From Octopus sinensis (lineage: Eukaryota): a stretch of DNA of 64,000 nucleotides. This document shows, piece after piece, positions 36,325 to 50,494 of this stretch. The number at the start of each line of letters is the position of its first letter. The stretch's first letter is position 1. Both the position numbers and the translations under genes were made by a program. The stretch covers positions 50,468,001-50,532,000 of the forward strand of contig NC_043003.1 of NCBI RefSeq assembly GCF_006345805.1, written 5' to 3'. Under the pieces are notes generated by a model, which was given only the letters and a program-made list of their open reading frames with translations, searched no databases and was not told where the DNA came from.

Positions 36325-37084
36325 TAAAACTATTGCACAATTACAGATGAACTCCCTTTAATATCAGTTTTAAGAACGTAAGTCTAGAGAAATATATCAG
36401 AGTGGCCACAGTCATGTCGTTGAAAATATGTGGTTATATTAAATAGGATACAACGTTAATTCATGAGTTATTAAAATTATTTCTGCCGTTATTTCTGATG
36501 GCAAATGGTATTAAGACTAGCTTCATATGAGAAGAAGAAATAATTTGAAGAACCAAGAATCTTCCAACGTTGACATACCATAAAAGAAAATGAAAAGAAA
36601 ATGAAAGCTTTATTGAGTGTAGAGAACAGACGTCGACAAGTCGTCCTACCCTAACTCCACTAACCAAGGGAGGTAAGAAAGCAGTCATGGACGTAGATCT
36701 CAAACAGCGTTGGCTGGCACTAAAGAACAGCAATAATAAAACACACAACAGAACATATCAGCAACAACAAATATAACAACTTATACTTTTGCTCGAACAA
36801 GTTTTAAAGGAATATGAAATTTAGTCAAGTGATTCGAATGACAATTTCCAATTAAGATTTATTGAATAAATGTGGGGGAAAAAAAGTAAGAGAAAATGAA
36901 ATAATTAAATAAGCAATAAAGTTATATTAGAATTTTATTATTTCCATCCACCGTATTATTTCATGTAGTTTGATTACCATATATTGAATTTGCGTGTGTT
37001 TGCGTGTATTTGTGTATACACACATACATACACACACACGTGTGCGTGAAGATACGCTCACATATACATACATATATACAGGTA

Positions 37085-37108
37085 GACACACATACATATG
37101 AGTTAATG

Positions 37109-37140
<32 letters not shown>

Positions 37141-37324
37141 GTATATATATGTATATACATATATATATATGTATATATATGTATATATACATATATATAT
37201 ATGTATATATTGTATATATACATATATATATATATGTATATATATGTATATATACATATATATATATGTATATATATGTATATACATATATATATATATG
37301 TATATATATGTATATATACATATA

Positions 37325-37360
<36 letters not shown>

Positions 37361-37367
37361 TGTATGT

Positions 37368-37412
<45 letters not shown>
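37085..37412. repeat. (TA)/(TATG)/(GATA) compound microsatellite
   Basis: Visible. Confidence 0.95.
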
Positions 37413-37413
<1 letters not shown>

Positions 37414-38876
37414 TAGATGAATACGCTTGTAAGTATCGTGTCTCCGTGTGTGTATTCATGCATATATACAAATATATGTATGTATACATACATATATACA
37501 TATGTATACATATGTATATATGTATTCAAGCACATATATATATATATATATATACAAATATAAATATATGTATTACATATATAATATATATGCATGTATA
37601 CAAATATAAATACGCATCACAGTTGATACGTGTATGTATGTGTACGTGTGTGTGCCTGTTTGTCTGTCTGTCCGTCGACAGTTTACTATTTAGCATCCAT
37701 TTATTTTTTATTGATTGAATTAAACAGTTTCGAAGTAGTTTCTATATTAAAGTAGTATTCATATTGTTAAAGGAATAGCAAGTTTCATCAAAATGCATAA
37801 TATTAAAACATCTAATTTTATTTGGCTTTATTTCTATCACTTAATTATTACTGGTTTTGTGGAGTGATGGATGGCAGAACTGATAGACTGTCAAACAAAA
37901 TAGGAGTTCTTACAGTGATGATGATTTCGATGGACGTGAAGGAGTAGAAAGTGCTCTTCTCTCTTCAATGAAAAGGAACGGAAAAACGAAGGTGTTCTGG
38001 GCCTGGCTGGAACCAGTAAATTATGAGAGGAATGCAGAGATGATATGAGTTAAGATGTGAGGAACGTTGGAGGATGTTAGCCATTAACGAGGACAGCAAT
38101 TATCTTCGCTTATTTAGAAAACGAAATCTTTCTCTTTCTTTCTAAGTCTCTTTGCTTTTATGTAATTTTCTTTCTCTCTCTTTTCTCGTTGATGGACCAC
38201 TGTTCGAAAGGCTGAACTAGGTTCTCATTTTATTCTTGCAGTGGAAATATAGAAACTTTTTAGAATATCTACGTTATGTTTTTATGTAGATAAAAAAGGA
38301 GAGAAGAAATGAATAAGAAGCTATAAACAGGTAGATGATAAAAACCAGACCATAATGAAAATATTCAACAAATAAGAAACTGATATTGTAGTGATAAATA
38401 GGACAACAAATTGAATGACAGAGCCAAACATATGTAAACAGTTACGTTAGGTCCCTTTAGCAGCTCAATTCAAATATCACGGTTCGCCTTTATTTTTACA
38501 GTTTGTTTTAGTCATCACGTTTAAGGTCATTATGAAGAGCCACCTTCTATTTGTTCTTTTATTTCTCTGAGCTTGATTAACAATTAATTAGTGGCTATCC
38601 ATGTTATCGATTATTATAGTGCATTAAAAAGTCTGGCCGAGAAATAAGTCGTGAGTGTAGGTTACTAAAAATGAGGGCCTTAACTTCAAGATTTTAAGTG
38701 CTCAAAATTTCTACTCTTATAGTCACTGTAAATACATTTGATGGGTCCTGATCTTTGCTCATTTTCGATTTTTTCGGATTGTTACATAAGTACAACTTCA
38801 TACAAAGACAAATTGTGTAGGATTTCCGTTTATTGTTTAAGGTATGCTCGCTTCACTAGTTCACCTATGTTCTTAC

Positions 38877-38969
38877 CTTTGCACAACCTTGAGGAGTGTA
38901 TTCATGTCAAAGGACTCTTTTGGTAGTTCGCGGGAGTTGTAAACAGTGGTCTTTTGAGAATAGCAGTTA
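38877..38969 (-). other. Candidate exon (93 nt, or 74 nt from an alternative acceptor at 38950)
   Basis: Consensus donor AAG|GTAAGA; open frame (NCYSQK)TTVYNSRELPKESFDMNTLLKVVQ; both acceptors are weak. Confidence 0.22.
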
Positions 38970-40059
38970 CTGCTTTACGCATCAGTATTCAGGAAAGTAC
39001 TTTTTTAATCCCACACTCACTCCATTTCAAACACTTACACACAAATACACACACACATACACACATACACACATACACACAGAGTTTCTCTCTCATCCAC
39101 ACAAGAGACAGAAACTGAAACATGTCACTCTTATACGTGTACTCTCTCTCCTTCTCTCTTTCTCTCCCCCTCTCTCTCTCATACACAACTCATACACACT
39201 TTTTATCTGTTGGTTTCCGGTCTCTTTTCTATAACTTGATCACTGAAGGTGTAGTTCCGGTTGACAGGATTTTCGAGTTTCCACTTGTTAGACTCCAACC
39301 TTTTTATTACTCCATATTATATAATCTCATAAACATGTCTTTGTGTGTCTCTGTATGTACGTGTATATATAGGGGTGTGTGTATGCTTGTTTATATACTT
39401 TTTAAGCAGTATTTTGAGCAAACACGTAAAGTAAATGTGAAACTGGATAAAAAGTGAATGGTCAATGCGCATCGAACCCACGTTATATTTATTCACATAA
39501 ACCCTATTTCTATGTTTACCATCTTAACAAGCATCCTCGTGTTGACGATAATTTTTAATTACTTACAAAAGCATATTTTCGTCCGTCTTCCTTAATTTTG
39601 AATCTGAATTTTATCTTCCATTATTGGCTCTTAAATATTTTCTTTTTATTTTATATATATAAGTAATAAAAATATGAAAGTAAAATAATTTCAGCGTAAA
39701 ACCGAAAGCGGATTAATTTAAAGTTCGCGAAATAGTTAATTTGAATATAGTTTGCCAAAAACTTTCTTCATTATCTGAAGTGCACGCTATTATACATGGC
39801 TAAAAATTACATTCTTATTTGGTCACAAGGTCAATCATTGATAATGTAATCGATCGTAACATTTCAATTATATTACTGGTAGTTATTTTATTAATTCCGC
39901 ATGATCCAAAAAGTAACGTCGACATCGTTCGTTTACTCCGTAAGTCTACCATCTTAAATAGGCATATAAATTCTTTCTCTGCTCTTTAAGGAAACTTACA
40001 GCTAAAAATTGATTTTTAACGGTTGAACTCGAAATCAATAAAGCTATAAATAATCCTTC

Positions 40060-40260
40060 CTACGATAGGCACAAAGCCTGAAATTTTGGAGAGTGGGGAA
40101 AACAATTACCTCGAACCCAGGTACTTATTTCATCGACCCCTGAAAGGGATGAAAGGCAAAGTCGACCTGGGCGGAACTTGAACTCAGAACGTAAGGAAGG
40201 ACGAAAAACCACTACGCGTTTTGCCCGGCCTACAAACGATTCTACCAGCTCGCTGATTTA
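40060..40260 (-). mobile_element. SINE family B
   Basis: gatgaaaggcaaagtcgacctgggcggaacttgaactcagaacgt. Confidence 0.8.
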
Positions 40261-40872
40261 TATAAGGCTATAAATAATAACAAGCAAATATTGGATTAAA
40301 AACCCTTTAAGCATGAAAAACAAAAGCCGCAGGCCTCTCGAAAGATTCGATCCTAGATTTTCTGTAAACAGACGTTCTACCATAGGGCCAAAGCAAGTCC
40401 TGGAATTTCACTTACCATTTTAGAAACTTTTTTCTCACCAGCAAGAATTGTATGTTGTTTACGTTATAAGAATTTAACTTCGAAAAACATGTAATAATTC
40501 GTTTTTAACCGTTAAAAACGAATTATTTCGCGTTTCTTGGAGTTTATAAATTCTTATGAAGCAAACCAATAACTAATAATTTTTCACATATTTATGAGAA
40601 TAAAACGATCACGTTAACAGTTTGAACGATCTCTAAGAATTCTTTGCACTTGAACAATATAGCAGGAGCTAAATGACAGCGTCGTTAGAACAATGAACGA
40701 ATTTCCTTGCGGATACATTTCGTTGCTATCTAAAATCCTGCTGTGACCTTAATCCATTTCTCGATTTAACATCATGGGCGAACCCTTCGATGTCATTCTG
40801 TTGCAAGCATCCGTGCCAGGTCACAGATTTGTGGATAATATCTTGATTTCCACCTATTACTCTCGGAGATCT

Positions 40873-41177
40873 GTGAAGGCGCATGGCTCAGTGGTTAGAG
40901 TGTCGAGCTTACGATCGTGAGGTTGTGAGCTCGAATCCCGGACCGGGCTGCCTGTTGTGTTCTTAAGCAAGACACTTTATTTCACGTTGCACCAGTTCAC
41001 TCAGCGGTAGAAATGAGTTGTCACATCACTGGTGCCAAGCTGTATCGGCCGTTGCCTTTCCCTTGGATAACACTGGTGGCGTGGAGAGGGGAGGCCGGTG
41101 TGCCCGGACTTGTGCCTGGGAGGGTAACTTTCTAGGTGCAATGCCATGGTCAGTGTCGTGACCGAAGGGGGTCTCAG
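40873..41177 (+). mobile_element. tRNA-derived SINE family D with a 14-bp TSD
   Basis: A-box tggctcagtggttag and B-box gagctcgaatccc; perfect TSD actctcggagatct at 40859-40872 and 41178-41191. Confidence 0.92.
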
Positions 41178-42668
41178 ACTCTCGGAGATCTAGTAAAGCG
41201 TTATAGGCACTGCCTTCGCTCCAGACTAAATGAGAAATGAAGCAATTATATTAGTTGGCGGTTGTTACAAAATGGCTTCCATGTTTGACTAAACCCTAAA
41301 CAATAAGAAATTTCTTCATCAAGCCAAATAACAATCTCCATACAATAAAGTTCTGTTATACCATACCCTACAAGCACACACTTCCGTTTATCTTCCCTTC
41401 CCCCTTTCTACACTGACTACACAACTACTGTTCTGGTCTACCTTCATCACACCTGATTATCCTTTACATAGAACGTACGACTCATAGAAGACACATAGAG
41501 CCATAAAAACCCTCAAGTAAAACAGAGTTTGAAGAAGGTAAACAAGCTGAAATTTCGAAGTTGCTGTCAATCTTACTCTTGTAAACATTTTAATGAACAT
41601 ATCAACTAAAAGTGTTGAGCAATCATTTCAATGTTAAATTGTTTTTATATATAATTTGGCATAACTACACGCACACACACTCATATATTCACATACACAC
41701 TACACGTACAAAGAATCCCACAGTGTGATTGAAGTCTAATGAATGAAACAAGTAAAAGAATTAAAGTATATATGTGTATGTCAGCATGGCCACAGCTCTG
41801 AGCTGAAACTAGAGAAAAAGATACATACATAACATAAATACAAAATGGGACAAGAACGTAAAACATCCAGACAGTTAGGTGATACAAGAAAGGGACAACA
41901 AAACATCCAGATAGACGATACAAAAAAAAACAAGGACAGGTCATTCGGAGTTTTCTTTCCTCAGTTGAATTCCAGATTACCTTTGCAATTTCGGCTAGTT
42001 ATACTCGAGATTGCTCTAATCTGGTCAGTCCCAAGGAAAACCTAAGCTAAGAGCATTAGATTCTTTGGAAGAAAGCAGCGAATGTATACGAAAACAAAAA
42101 CGGAAAAATGGAGACGGTTACACAAATACAAATAGCAGGGCATAACAACAGGTGTCTTTCGACTAAGGACGAGTTAAATTAAGCTGGCCTGTGTGAAAGT
42201 AAAGCCTTACGGCAGGGATACAAGATTTCACAGGCACAGGGGAGAATATAGATGTTGCACGGACAACGGCCGAACCAAGAAAAAAGGTTAGGGTTGGCCG
42301 AACACCGGTCACGTGGGGAGAGAAGAGAGAGAAGTAGAAGCAGAGGGACAGAAGAAATAAGGAGGGGCGAGAAAAATGACAGGGACACAGTGAAGTGAAA
42401 AGAGGATGAAAAGTGAGCATGAGGAGAAGGCAATGAAATGTGAGAGAGGGGGAACGAAAGAACGAAGAGTGGAATGAACGAAATAAGCGTGAAATAGCTG
42501 ATAGAACGAAGGCAAGAATAAAAGAATAAAAGAAGGAGTCGTAAAAGATATATATATATATATAAGTAAGTTGTCATTGTAGTACTCGGTGTTTCGAACG
42601 TTGGAGCGAAGAGCTACGATTCATTCTCGTCGGCTATTAATGGCCGGCAAGAATTATTATTATTATTA

Positions 42669-42705
<37 letters not shown>

Positions 42706-43203
42706 GTTTTTGTTGTTGTTATTATATGCATGAATAATATGTGTATATAAGAAAATGTGGTTTAGCAAAAACTGATTAAAACATCCAAATAACCTAATTA
42801 AAAATGCTCACGGCATTGTTTTCCCTCCACCAATGTATGACCGTTAAGATATAATTCTCTGAAATGCCAATGGTCTATTTTATGCTTGCCAATAGTAATT
42901 AAAATAAATCAACGAACCGGCTCCATTTTAATTGATGTTCGGCGTCACATTCATTCATTATCTGTTCAAAACTCTTTCTTTAATTACTAAAATGTTAATG
43001 TATATTCATTCCGTCCGGCTGATGAGACATGATTCATCATTTCCTTTCCTTTATGATATTTTAAAATTAATTTCTATTTGTAGTATCTGGAGAGCGATAT
43101 GTTCTGTATGTTGTGTTAGATATTAACCGATGTTCTGTATGTTATGCGGACAATAACTGATATACTGAGAAATATATTTATTCATCCACTACTTTGAAGA
43201 ATA

Positions 43204-43508
43204 GTGGAGGCACATGACCTAGTGGTTAGAGCAGTGGACTCGCGGTCGAGGGATCGCGGGTTCGAATCTCAGACCGGGTGATGTGTGTGTTTATGAACGA
43301 AACACCTATGCTCCACGCGGCTCCGGCAGAAGGTAATGGCGAACTTCTGCTGACTTTTTCGCCACAACTTACTCTCACTCTTTCCTCCGGCATCTTGCAG
43401 CTCACCTGCGACGGACCGGCGTCCCGTCCTGGTGTGGAACCTATAGGCCAAGGAAACCGGCCCTTATAAGCCAGGCGTAGCTCGAGAAGGAACAAAGAAC
43501 AACAACAT
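43204..43508 (+). mobile_element. SINE family C (tail type 3, (CAA)n end) with an 11-bp TSD
   Basis: A-box tgacctagtggttag and B-box gggttcgaatctc; TSD tttgaagaata at 43193-43203 and 43509-43519. Confidence 0.9.
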
Positions 43509-44029
43509 TTTGAAGAATACGGAAATCATTGCAGACATTCTTTGCTACGTTCCTTCAGTCTTTGAGTTCAAATCTTCTCAAGGTCACTTTTGCAGTTCAT
43601 TCCTCCGTGGACTGATAGAACAAATACCAGTTATATGCTGCGTACAATTTAATTGATTGCAACCGCTCCCCGAAATATGTAACCTTATATATGTTATGGT
43701 CATTATATATCACATTTGCATGTATCGCCAAAAACAGAATCAAACATATTATTTATTTATTCATTGAGTGATTATTTTCCTACATTAATGTTGTTGTTAC
43801 TATTTAAACACAGGTCAGACCTGATCAAACAGAACTAGATTAAAAAGTGTTCCAGCCTTAATTATTCTGCTCTATTAATCATCTCTCCTCTCTTTAACTC
43901 ACCCACTCTCTCTTCTCTCTCTTTTCTCTCTCCATATATTGACCAATGAACACGAAAAGACAACACAGAAGACATATGCTTCGATAGATGTTTTAATAGT
44001 TTTAGTTTTATATTTAAAAGATAGGAAAT

Positions 44030-44460
44030 ATTATTGACGTTTCGCACGCAACTCCTTCATCGAAAGAAAGTTACAGAGGAAAATCTAAAACAAAATGAGA
44101 AAAGGTGGTAACTAGAGAAAAAGGAAGAAAAGGGTAAAGGGCCAGGGAGCTGTTGGGAAAGCGATTTTATAGGAGTTATGAAGAGAATAGAAGGCGGAGT
44201 GGTTTATGCATGTATAGGAGGATATCTGTGTATTGAGATGGCCATAGTGGAGGTGTGTGTAGTGTTATAGCGCGGGAGGCTGTATGATTTTGTTTCGAGT
44301 GTGTGTGCAAGGATATGGCACTATGCAAGTGTGAGAGTGTAGTGGAATAATATAGTGAGGGTGTGGTAGGATGTTATATAGGTATAATCGTATTCTTTGT
44401 GATAGGAAGGCGAGAAGGGGAGGAGAATGCCACAGGTGCGAGTGCGAGGTGAAAAAGAAC
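44030..44460 (-). mobile_element. Possible Penelope-like pLTR relic
   Basis: Minus strand is a pyrimidine-rich stretch ending in tcgatga-agg...c-GAAACGTC (44063-44036), a decayed hammerhead-like core. Confidence 0.35.
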
Positions 44461-44929
44461 ATAAGAGAAATGTAGTATTTAACTAAAATATATGTAAGTG
44501 CATGTATGCATAAAGAACTAAGTTATCTAATGCTCTTTTTCTTCATTTAATAGATAGATGCATGAATTAAAAGTGATTTGACTGCTATTTCTAGCATCTA
44601 AAATGATTACGTGGAGACTCCCTTCACACGCACGCCCCTAATATAAATATACTGAAGCATAAAAATACTTGACGTGTGCTATTATTTCTGTTTTATAGCT
44701 TCAGTCGAAGATCGCTTAATAACACATGGTTTGTGAGAATATCTTATACAGAATATGAGAAAGTTTATATGTATCTTACCGAACCGATTCTACCTTGCTG
44801 ATTAGATTCTCGGCTGATCTAAATTGCTCCAAGAAATTTTTTAAAAAGTTTTTCAACTTTCTTTAAGATAGCTTGATAACATTCCGTATGTAGTTATTCT
44901 TTAGACCCCCGGTTAGCACTGGTTATCTT

Positions 44930-45137
44930 CCTTTTTTATGTTTTACTTGTTTCAATTAGTACATTGCGGCCAGGATGGGGCATCGCCTTGAAAAAATCTT
45001 TAATCGAGTGCATCGATCCCAGTACTAATTTTTTAAGCCTGGTACATATTCCGTCGATCCCTATTGCGTAACCGCTAAGTCCACTAAGTTGTAGGGACGT
45101 ATATACACCAACACCGGATGTCAAGCGGTGTTGGATG

Positions 45138-45195
<58 letters not shown>

Positions 45196-45353
45196 GCGAT
45201 GGGTTCTTTCAGTTTCCATCTACGAAATCCTGTCACAAGGCTCTGGTTGTCCTGAAGCTATCATCGAAACCACTTACCCAAGATGTCACACAGAGGGACT
45301 GAACCCGGAACAATGTAGTTGGGAAGCAAACTTCTTACCGCTCGACCGCGCCT
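44930..45353 (-). mobile_element. SINE family A, full length
   Basis: Both modules are present around a (CA)(TA) spacer. Confidence 0.82.
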
Positions 45354-46029
45354 GATCAGATTTACGTCATGAGCAAATACATTTATCATCCAGCCGTAAG
45401 CATACAATCATTATTATTTTTGCCATTGTATATATTCAATGCTTGATTATTCAATGTACTAATAAATCTCTGAATACGGTATAAACAGCAGCTGCACGAC
45501 AATGTGAAGTATATTTGCCACTTAAATGTGGCTAACCACTAAGGGTGGATGCTACTGTAGATTGTAGCCCCAGGAGAACACCTTCTCCAGCTGGCTATTG
45601 ATACACTTTCTGTGCCCTATCAGTATTTGCAAAGGGAAGTCATCCTTCCCATCGTCGACCTGGCGTGATACGCACGGACCCGAGTTTCTGGGTATTTACC
45701 TATCGTCAGCGCACGACAATCAGCGGTCTTCGATGCGAAGGGGTCCCAATGCAAATACATTTATCCTTTTTCCAGTGACGAAAAGTCACTGATCTCGAAA
45801 AAGTGTAAACAAGCAATAATAAATCTCTGAACGATCTACTGTTTATACCTCGTACAGGAGGATCAGTTAATTACGATTTTAAGTAACTTATTCTTTTCTC
45901 CGCTTCACACACTTATTACAGCAATTTTTCAGTTTTTCTAAGCCCTGTAAAAGAACTCGGAAGGTTGAGCCTCCAACAAGGCCTTTCGCGGTACCCTTAA
46001 AACCAGGAACTTTTCAGTACCCCGCCCTC

Positions 46030-46290
46030 CTTATGCATAGAGATAGATGAACAACATGCTCGTGAAATTAAGGAGTAAGTTGGCTGAACACTCCACAGAC
46101 ACGGATACCCTTAACGTAGTCCTCAATGGGATTCAGCTTGAGACAAAATGTAACAAAGTTGGACTTTTGGAATATAGATACTACACATTTATGCCAGCTG
46201 AGTGATCTTGAGCCTCGTGAAATAAAGTGTCTTCCTCACTATCGAACTCACGACTTTACGCTCGTAAGCCGACTTACGCACTAAGCCACA
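46030..46290 (-). mobile_element. Decayed tRNA-derived SINE (family D-like head, different tail)
   Basis: gtgaaataaagtgtctt...atcgaactcacgac shared with family D; tail cactccacagacac..atacccttaacgtagt. Confidence 0.55.
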
Positions 46291-47305
46291 TGCTTTCACA
46301 ACGTTCTCAAAGACACATTATTAAACGTATTGTTGCTGATACATAACGATATGTTGCTATTGATTCCTTGTATTTATTTTTATAATGGTGCATTATGATG
46401 TCTTACAATTATACATTGTGATATTGTGCTAACGATATGTTTGATCTATAATGTTTTGGTAATGACGCATTATGACGTACTGCTATTTATTCATTACATG
46501 TTGATTATTATAAATTACGATAAGTTGCTTATATGTTAAGATATTTTGGCACGGTGGCTTACGGTGAGTTGCTATTTTTATATATTTTAACCTAGAATAC
46601 ACTACAATATGTTGTTAACCATCCATCCAGTTCCATAGTGTGGTGCCCAGGCCAAGGGTATTTTATGCTAACCCCAAGCAAACCAAAGCCTGGTGAACAA
46701 ATTTGGTAGACGGAAACCGTGTACAAATTGGTTTGTCTACGTGCCTATAACATAGTTGTTAAGACTTGAAAAGGAGTACTGAGGTCAATTTATTCGACTA
46801 AACCCGGCATGGCCGCAGTCCAATGGCTGAAACAAGTGAAAGATAAGTGATAAATATAGTTACGACACGTTCCAATTGACACATTATGATGTACTACACT
46901 TGTTATAATGCGGTGTGTTGCTAATGGTACATTATATGATGTTTTACTTACGATACGTTGCTATTGGTTCATTATGATATTTTCAACTGCAGCATGGGCA
47001 CGCTGTACAAAGTAAGTAAAAATGAAATTAAATACCTTAGACGCTATTTTCAAGGTTTAGAATATAAATAAATATCTGCGTCAATTGTGTGGGACCTTTC
47101 TTTACCCAATTGAAGTAAATTGCTTTAAGTCTCTTAAAAACACATGCCACTAATGTTATAACACTTAAAAAAAATAAGCATCATATACTCATGTGTACAC
47201 ATACACACACACATGCAAGTGAATATATAAATATAAAAACACGCATGCCTACTTACACACATGCTCGCGTCCGCACGCCTTTCGTATTAATGTCTGATTT
47301 CAGTT

Positions 47306-47306
<1 letters not shown>

Positions 47307-47394
<88 letters not shown>

Positions 47395-47404
47395 TATTAT
47401 ATAT

Positions 47405-47436
<32 letters not shown>

Positions 47437-47581
47437 ATATGTATATATATATATATAGTATATATATATATATATATTATATATATATATATGTATATAT
47501 GTATATATATAATATATATTATATATGTATATATATATTATATATATGTATATATATATATGTATATATATGTATATATAT

Positions 47582-47660
<79 letters not shown>
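47307..47660. repeat. Long interrupted (TA)n array
   Basis: Visible. Confidence 0.96.
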
Positions 47661-47661
<1 letters not shown>

Positions 47662-48829
47662 TATTATTTACCCAATACAGCATGTATACACTCATATATG
47701 CCCCCCCACACACACACACATATGGATATATATTCATATATGCTTATATTCGTGAACAGCTTTTCTTATACACATATAGACACACATTGTCGTACATATT
47801 AACACAGATGAATTTTCACACGCAAACATTCACACAAACACACGTTCTCACATTTATACACAAACGATCAAATATTTTCGCATATATATATATACATATG
47901 GACAGACATTATGATACACTCAGACACACACTCACTCATGTACAGACGCATTTATACGAAAATATTAATCTTTATAATTATATTTGAGTACAGAAACCGA
48001 ATTAAAACCAGACGCGGCTTGGTAATAGTATATGCAATTATGGCTTTGATGATGATGATGATGACGACGACGACGACGACGATGATGATGATGATGATGA
48101 TGATTAGGACATCGACAACGACCATGACAAGGGGAAGGGTGATGAAATTAATATTCTAGATGATTATGTTTCTTCTCTATATTTACAAAGATCACGAAAG
48201 CAGTGACCATACTTATGCTAAGATTATACAATGCCGCACATCTATTTAGGCAATTACCTCGAGATTTTCAGTAAACAAGGTAAGATTATGGTTTACTGAA
48301 AATGTTTAATGATACCGAAACATGTGCGACGTTATGTCCCATGCTTGCCGAAAGATAAAAGTATTACAAATCAGTGAGCTTACTACTTTCCATCACTAGT
48401 AAGTATATCTATTATGAACAGAGCATAGCCGAATGGTTAAAAAGTTCGCTTCGCAATCAAGATGACCCAAGTTTCATCCTACAGGGTAATATCATCAGCA
48501 AATATCACCTGCTATGGCCTCCGACCGATCTAAGCATTATGAGTGAGATTTGTGTTGGTAGAAATTATATGGAAGGCTGTGCGATGGATTGTATTGTAAT
48601 TCAAAGGACCAGCCTAAGGATTATATTAAGAGAACACAGGTCTATAGAATACTCAGCGAATTCAATGTGCAGGTTGTTTAGTTAATCAAATAATTGAATG
48701 TTCATCGTCGAAACCGACGGAGATCCATTTCATTTTTTGTTTTAGTACTTGTAATTTTCTAATTAATTTTGTAATGCCTACTGCATAATATATGTTAACA
48801 CTAAATTAGAGCTCATAGATCTACTTACC

Positions 48830-49100
48830 GTTGCAGGCTTTCGCTCTGATTTTGACGTCTTGGTCCGTTTGTCTGTGTGTTTGCAGAATTACTGGAAAAC
48901 GGCTGAACGGATTTTCACCAAATTTGGCAGAAATACTCATTGGGTGTGTGGCTCGAACTCATTATTTTGGTTTGATTATCTTCAAAACTGGTGAACGCGT
49001 GAATCTTAATTTAATGAACTTTCCCAATCAGTTGGTAACAGAAAAAAAAAACGTAGAAAAAAGAATCCCTAGCGTTATTTTTAAGCGGTTCTCACAGGGA
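48830..49100 (+). mobile_element. Helitron/HINE-like 5' core fragment
   Basis: ccgtttgtctgtgtgtttgcagaattactggaaaacggctgaacggattttcaccaaatttggcag is a typical DINE-1/Helentron-associated core motif. Confidence 0.55.
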
Positions 49101-49309
49101 AGAGAGATGACTTAAATATTTCAAGTTAATTTGCTTCATACGCCGTTTGAAAGATATTTCAATTTTTATTTACAGAGACGAACTATCAACAGTAACCCAT
49201 TTGCATTACATTCTTACTCTCTTTTCTTTTAATATTTTTAATTAAGCAAATGAAATTTAATAACGACAAATACCGCAAGGTATCACATCAAACGTGTTAA
49301 CGATTTCAG

Positions 49310-49460
49310 TAATCCACCGACCTGTACTGGCATTTTATTAACCAAGATCGGAAGGATGAAAGGTAAAGTTGACCTCAACGGAATTGAACAAAGAACGCAT
49401 GAAGCGTGAATAATATAACAACGCATTTGGTTCGATGCACCAACGATCCTGCCAACAAGC
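49310..49460 (-). mobile_element. SINE family B (decayed)
   Basis: aaggatgaaaggtaaagttgacctcaacggaattgaac. Confidence 0.65.
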
Positions 49461-50234
49461 CGAAATAATGTGCTTTGAATGCAAGAAATCCCTTGAACTC
49501 ACTCATGCTTTCAACTTTGTCGTTTCCCTCATGCAAGAGATGTAAAAGTGGATAACTTTATTATATTGAATATCTCTCAATATAAAATGTTAATTATCGA
49601 TCAGTATAATATGTAGGACTGATAAAACAATATGTTTATGACTGTGTGTAAAGGATGTCTTTGTTTACATATTTTTGACGTCAAAATAATGAATGAAAAA
49701 TATGAAAGCAGTAGCGCCACATGTCTAACAAACGCAAGAAACATTATTTCGGAAGAGAATTATAGGCAAGATAATTACATCTAAACACAAGATTATGACA
49801 ATTCACAAGATACTATTATGCCTATTTATATCATTCTGCAAAATAAAATATTATGGTTCGTTTCCATAATTTGAAAATGAATTAGCAGCCCAGAAATATA
49901 CATTACACTTTGACAAAAGACAATCTGCAAGTTATGTATACTTGCTCTGGAGTACATATATACCTAAAGCAGTTATTAAAATCATGGTAGACTCGAAAAA
50001 GAAATTCTCATCTGAAAATGGTGGTTATGCTTTATATGCACATTCTTATACATATTTGTGCGTGTATATATCGATATTGCTGGTGTATATTGGTGTATAT
50101 TGCAGGTGTATATCGGCCAGTTATTTTTAGCGTTTTGACAGAAAAAAGTCATTCTAAAATTGGTTTTTAACGTAAGTATGCTCGAACAAGTCGAATGCTT
50201 ACACAGAACAGGTTTTACAGCCACATCATCCAAA

Positions 50235-50265
50235 CCGACCGGGTGAAACCGGGGTTAGCTGCTAG
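50235..50265 (+). mobile_element. Helitron-type 3' terminus
   Basis: ccgggtgaaaccggg hairpin followed by ttagctgCTAG and a T-rich flank; it may be the end of the element starting at ~48830. Confidence 0.55.
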
Positions 50266-50274
50266 TTTTTATAT

Positions 50275-50434
50275 ACGACAGGCTTCTTTCAGTTTTCGTC
50301 TACCAAATACGCTCACAAGGTTTTGATCGACCACAGGCTATAGTAAGAAACACTTGTCTAAGGGGCCACACAGTATGACCGAACCCGGAACCATGTGGTT
50401 GGGAAGCAAGCTTTTTACGACAGCCACTCCTACG

Positions 50435-50437
<3 letters not shown>
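50275..50437 (-). mobile_element. SINE family A 5' module
   Basis: Matches the family A head and core. Confidence 0.85.

Positions 50438-50494
<57 letters not shown>

Noticed and set aside
41780-42560. Another possible PLE/hammerhead-bearing repeat (…gccgaaattgc on the minus strand)
   Set aside because: It looks like an interspersed repeat, but I could not identify a CUGANGA core or consistent helices, so no call was made.
48786-48875. Minus-strand exon with a strong CG|GTAAGT donor at ~48829
   Set aside because: It coincides with the 5' core of a Helitron-like repeat and all three frames are open, so it is uninformative.
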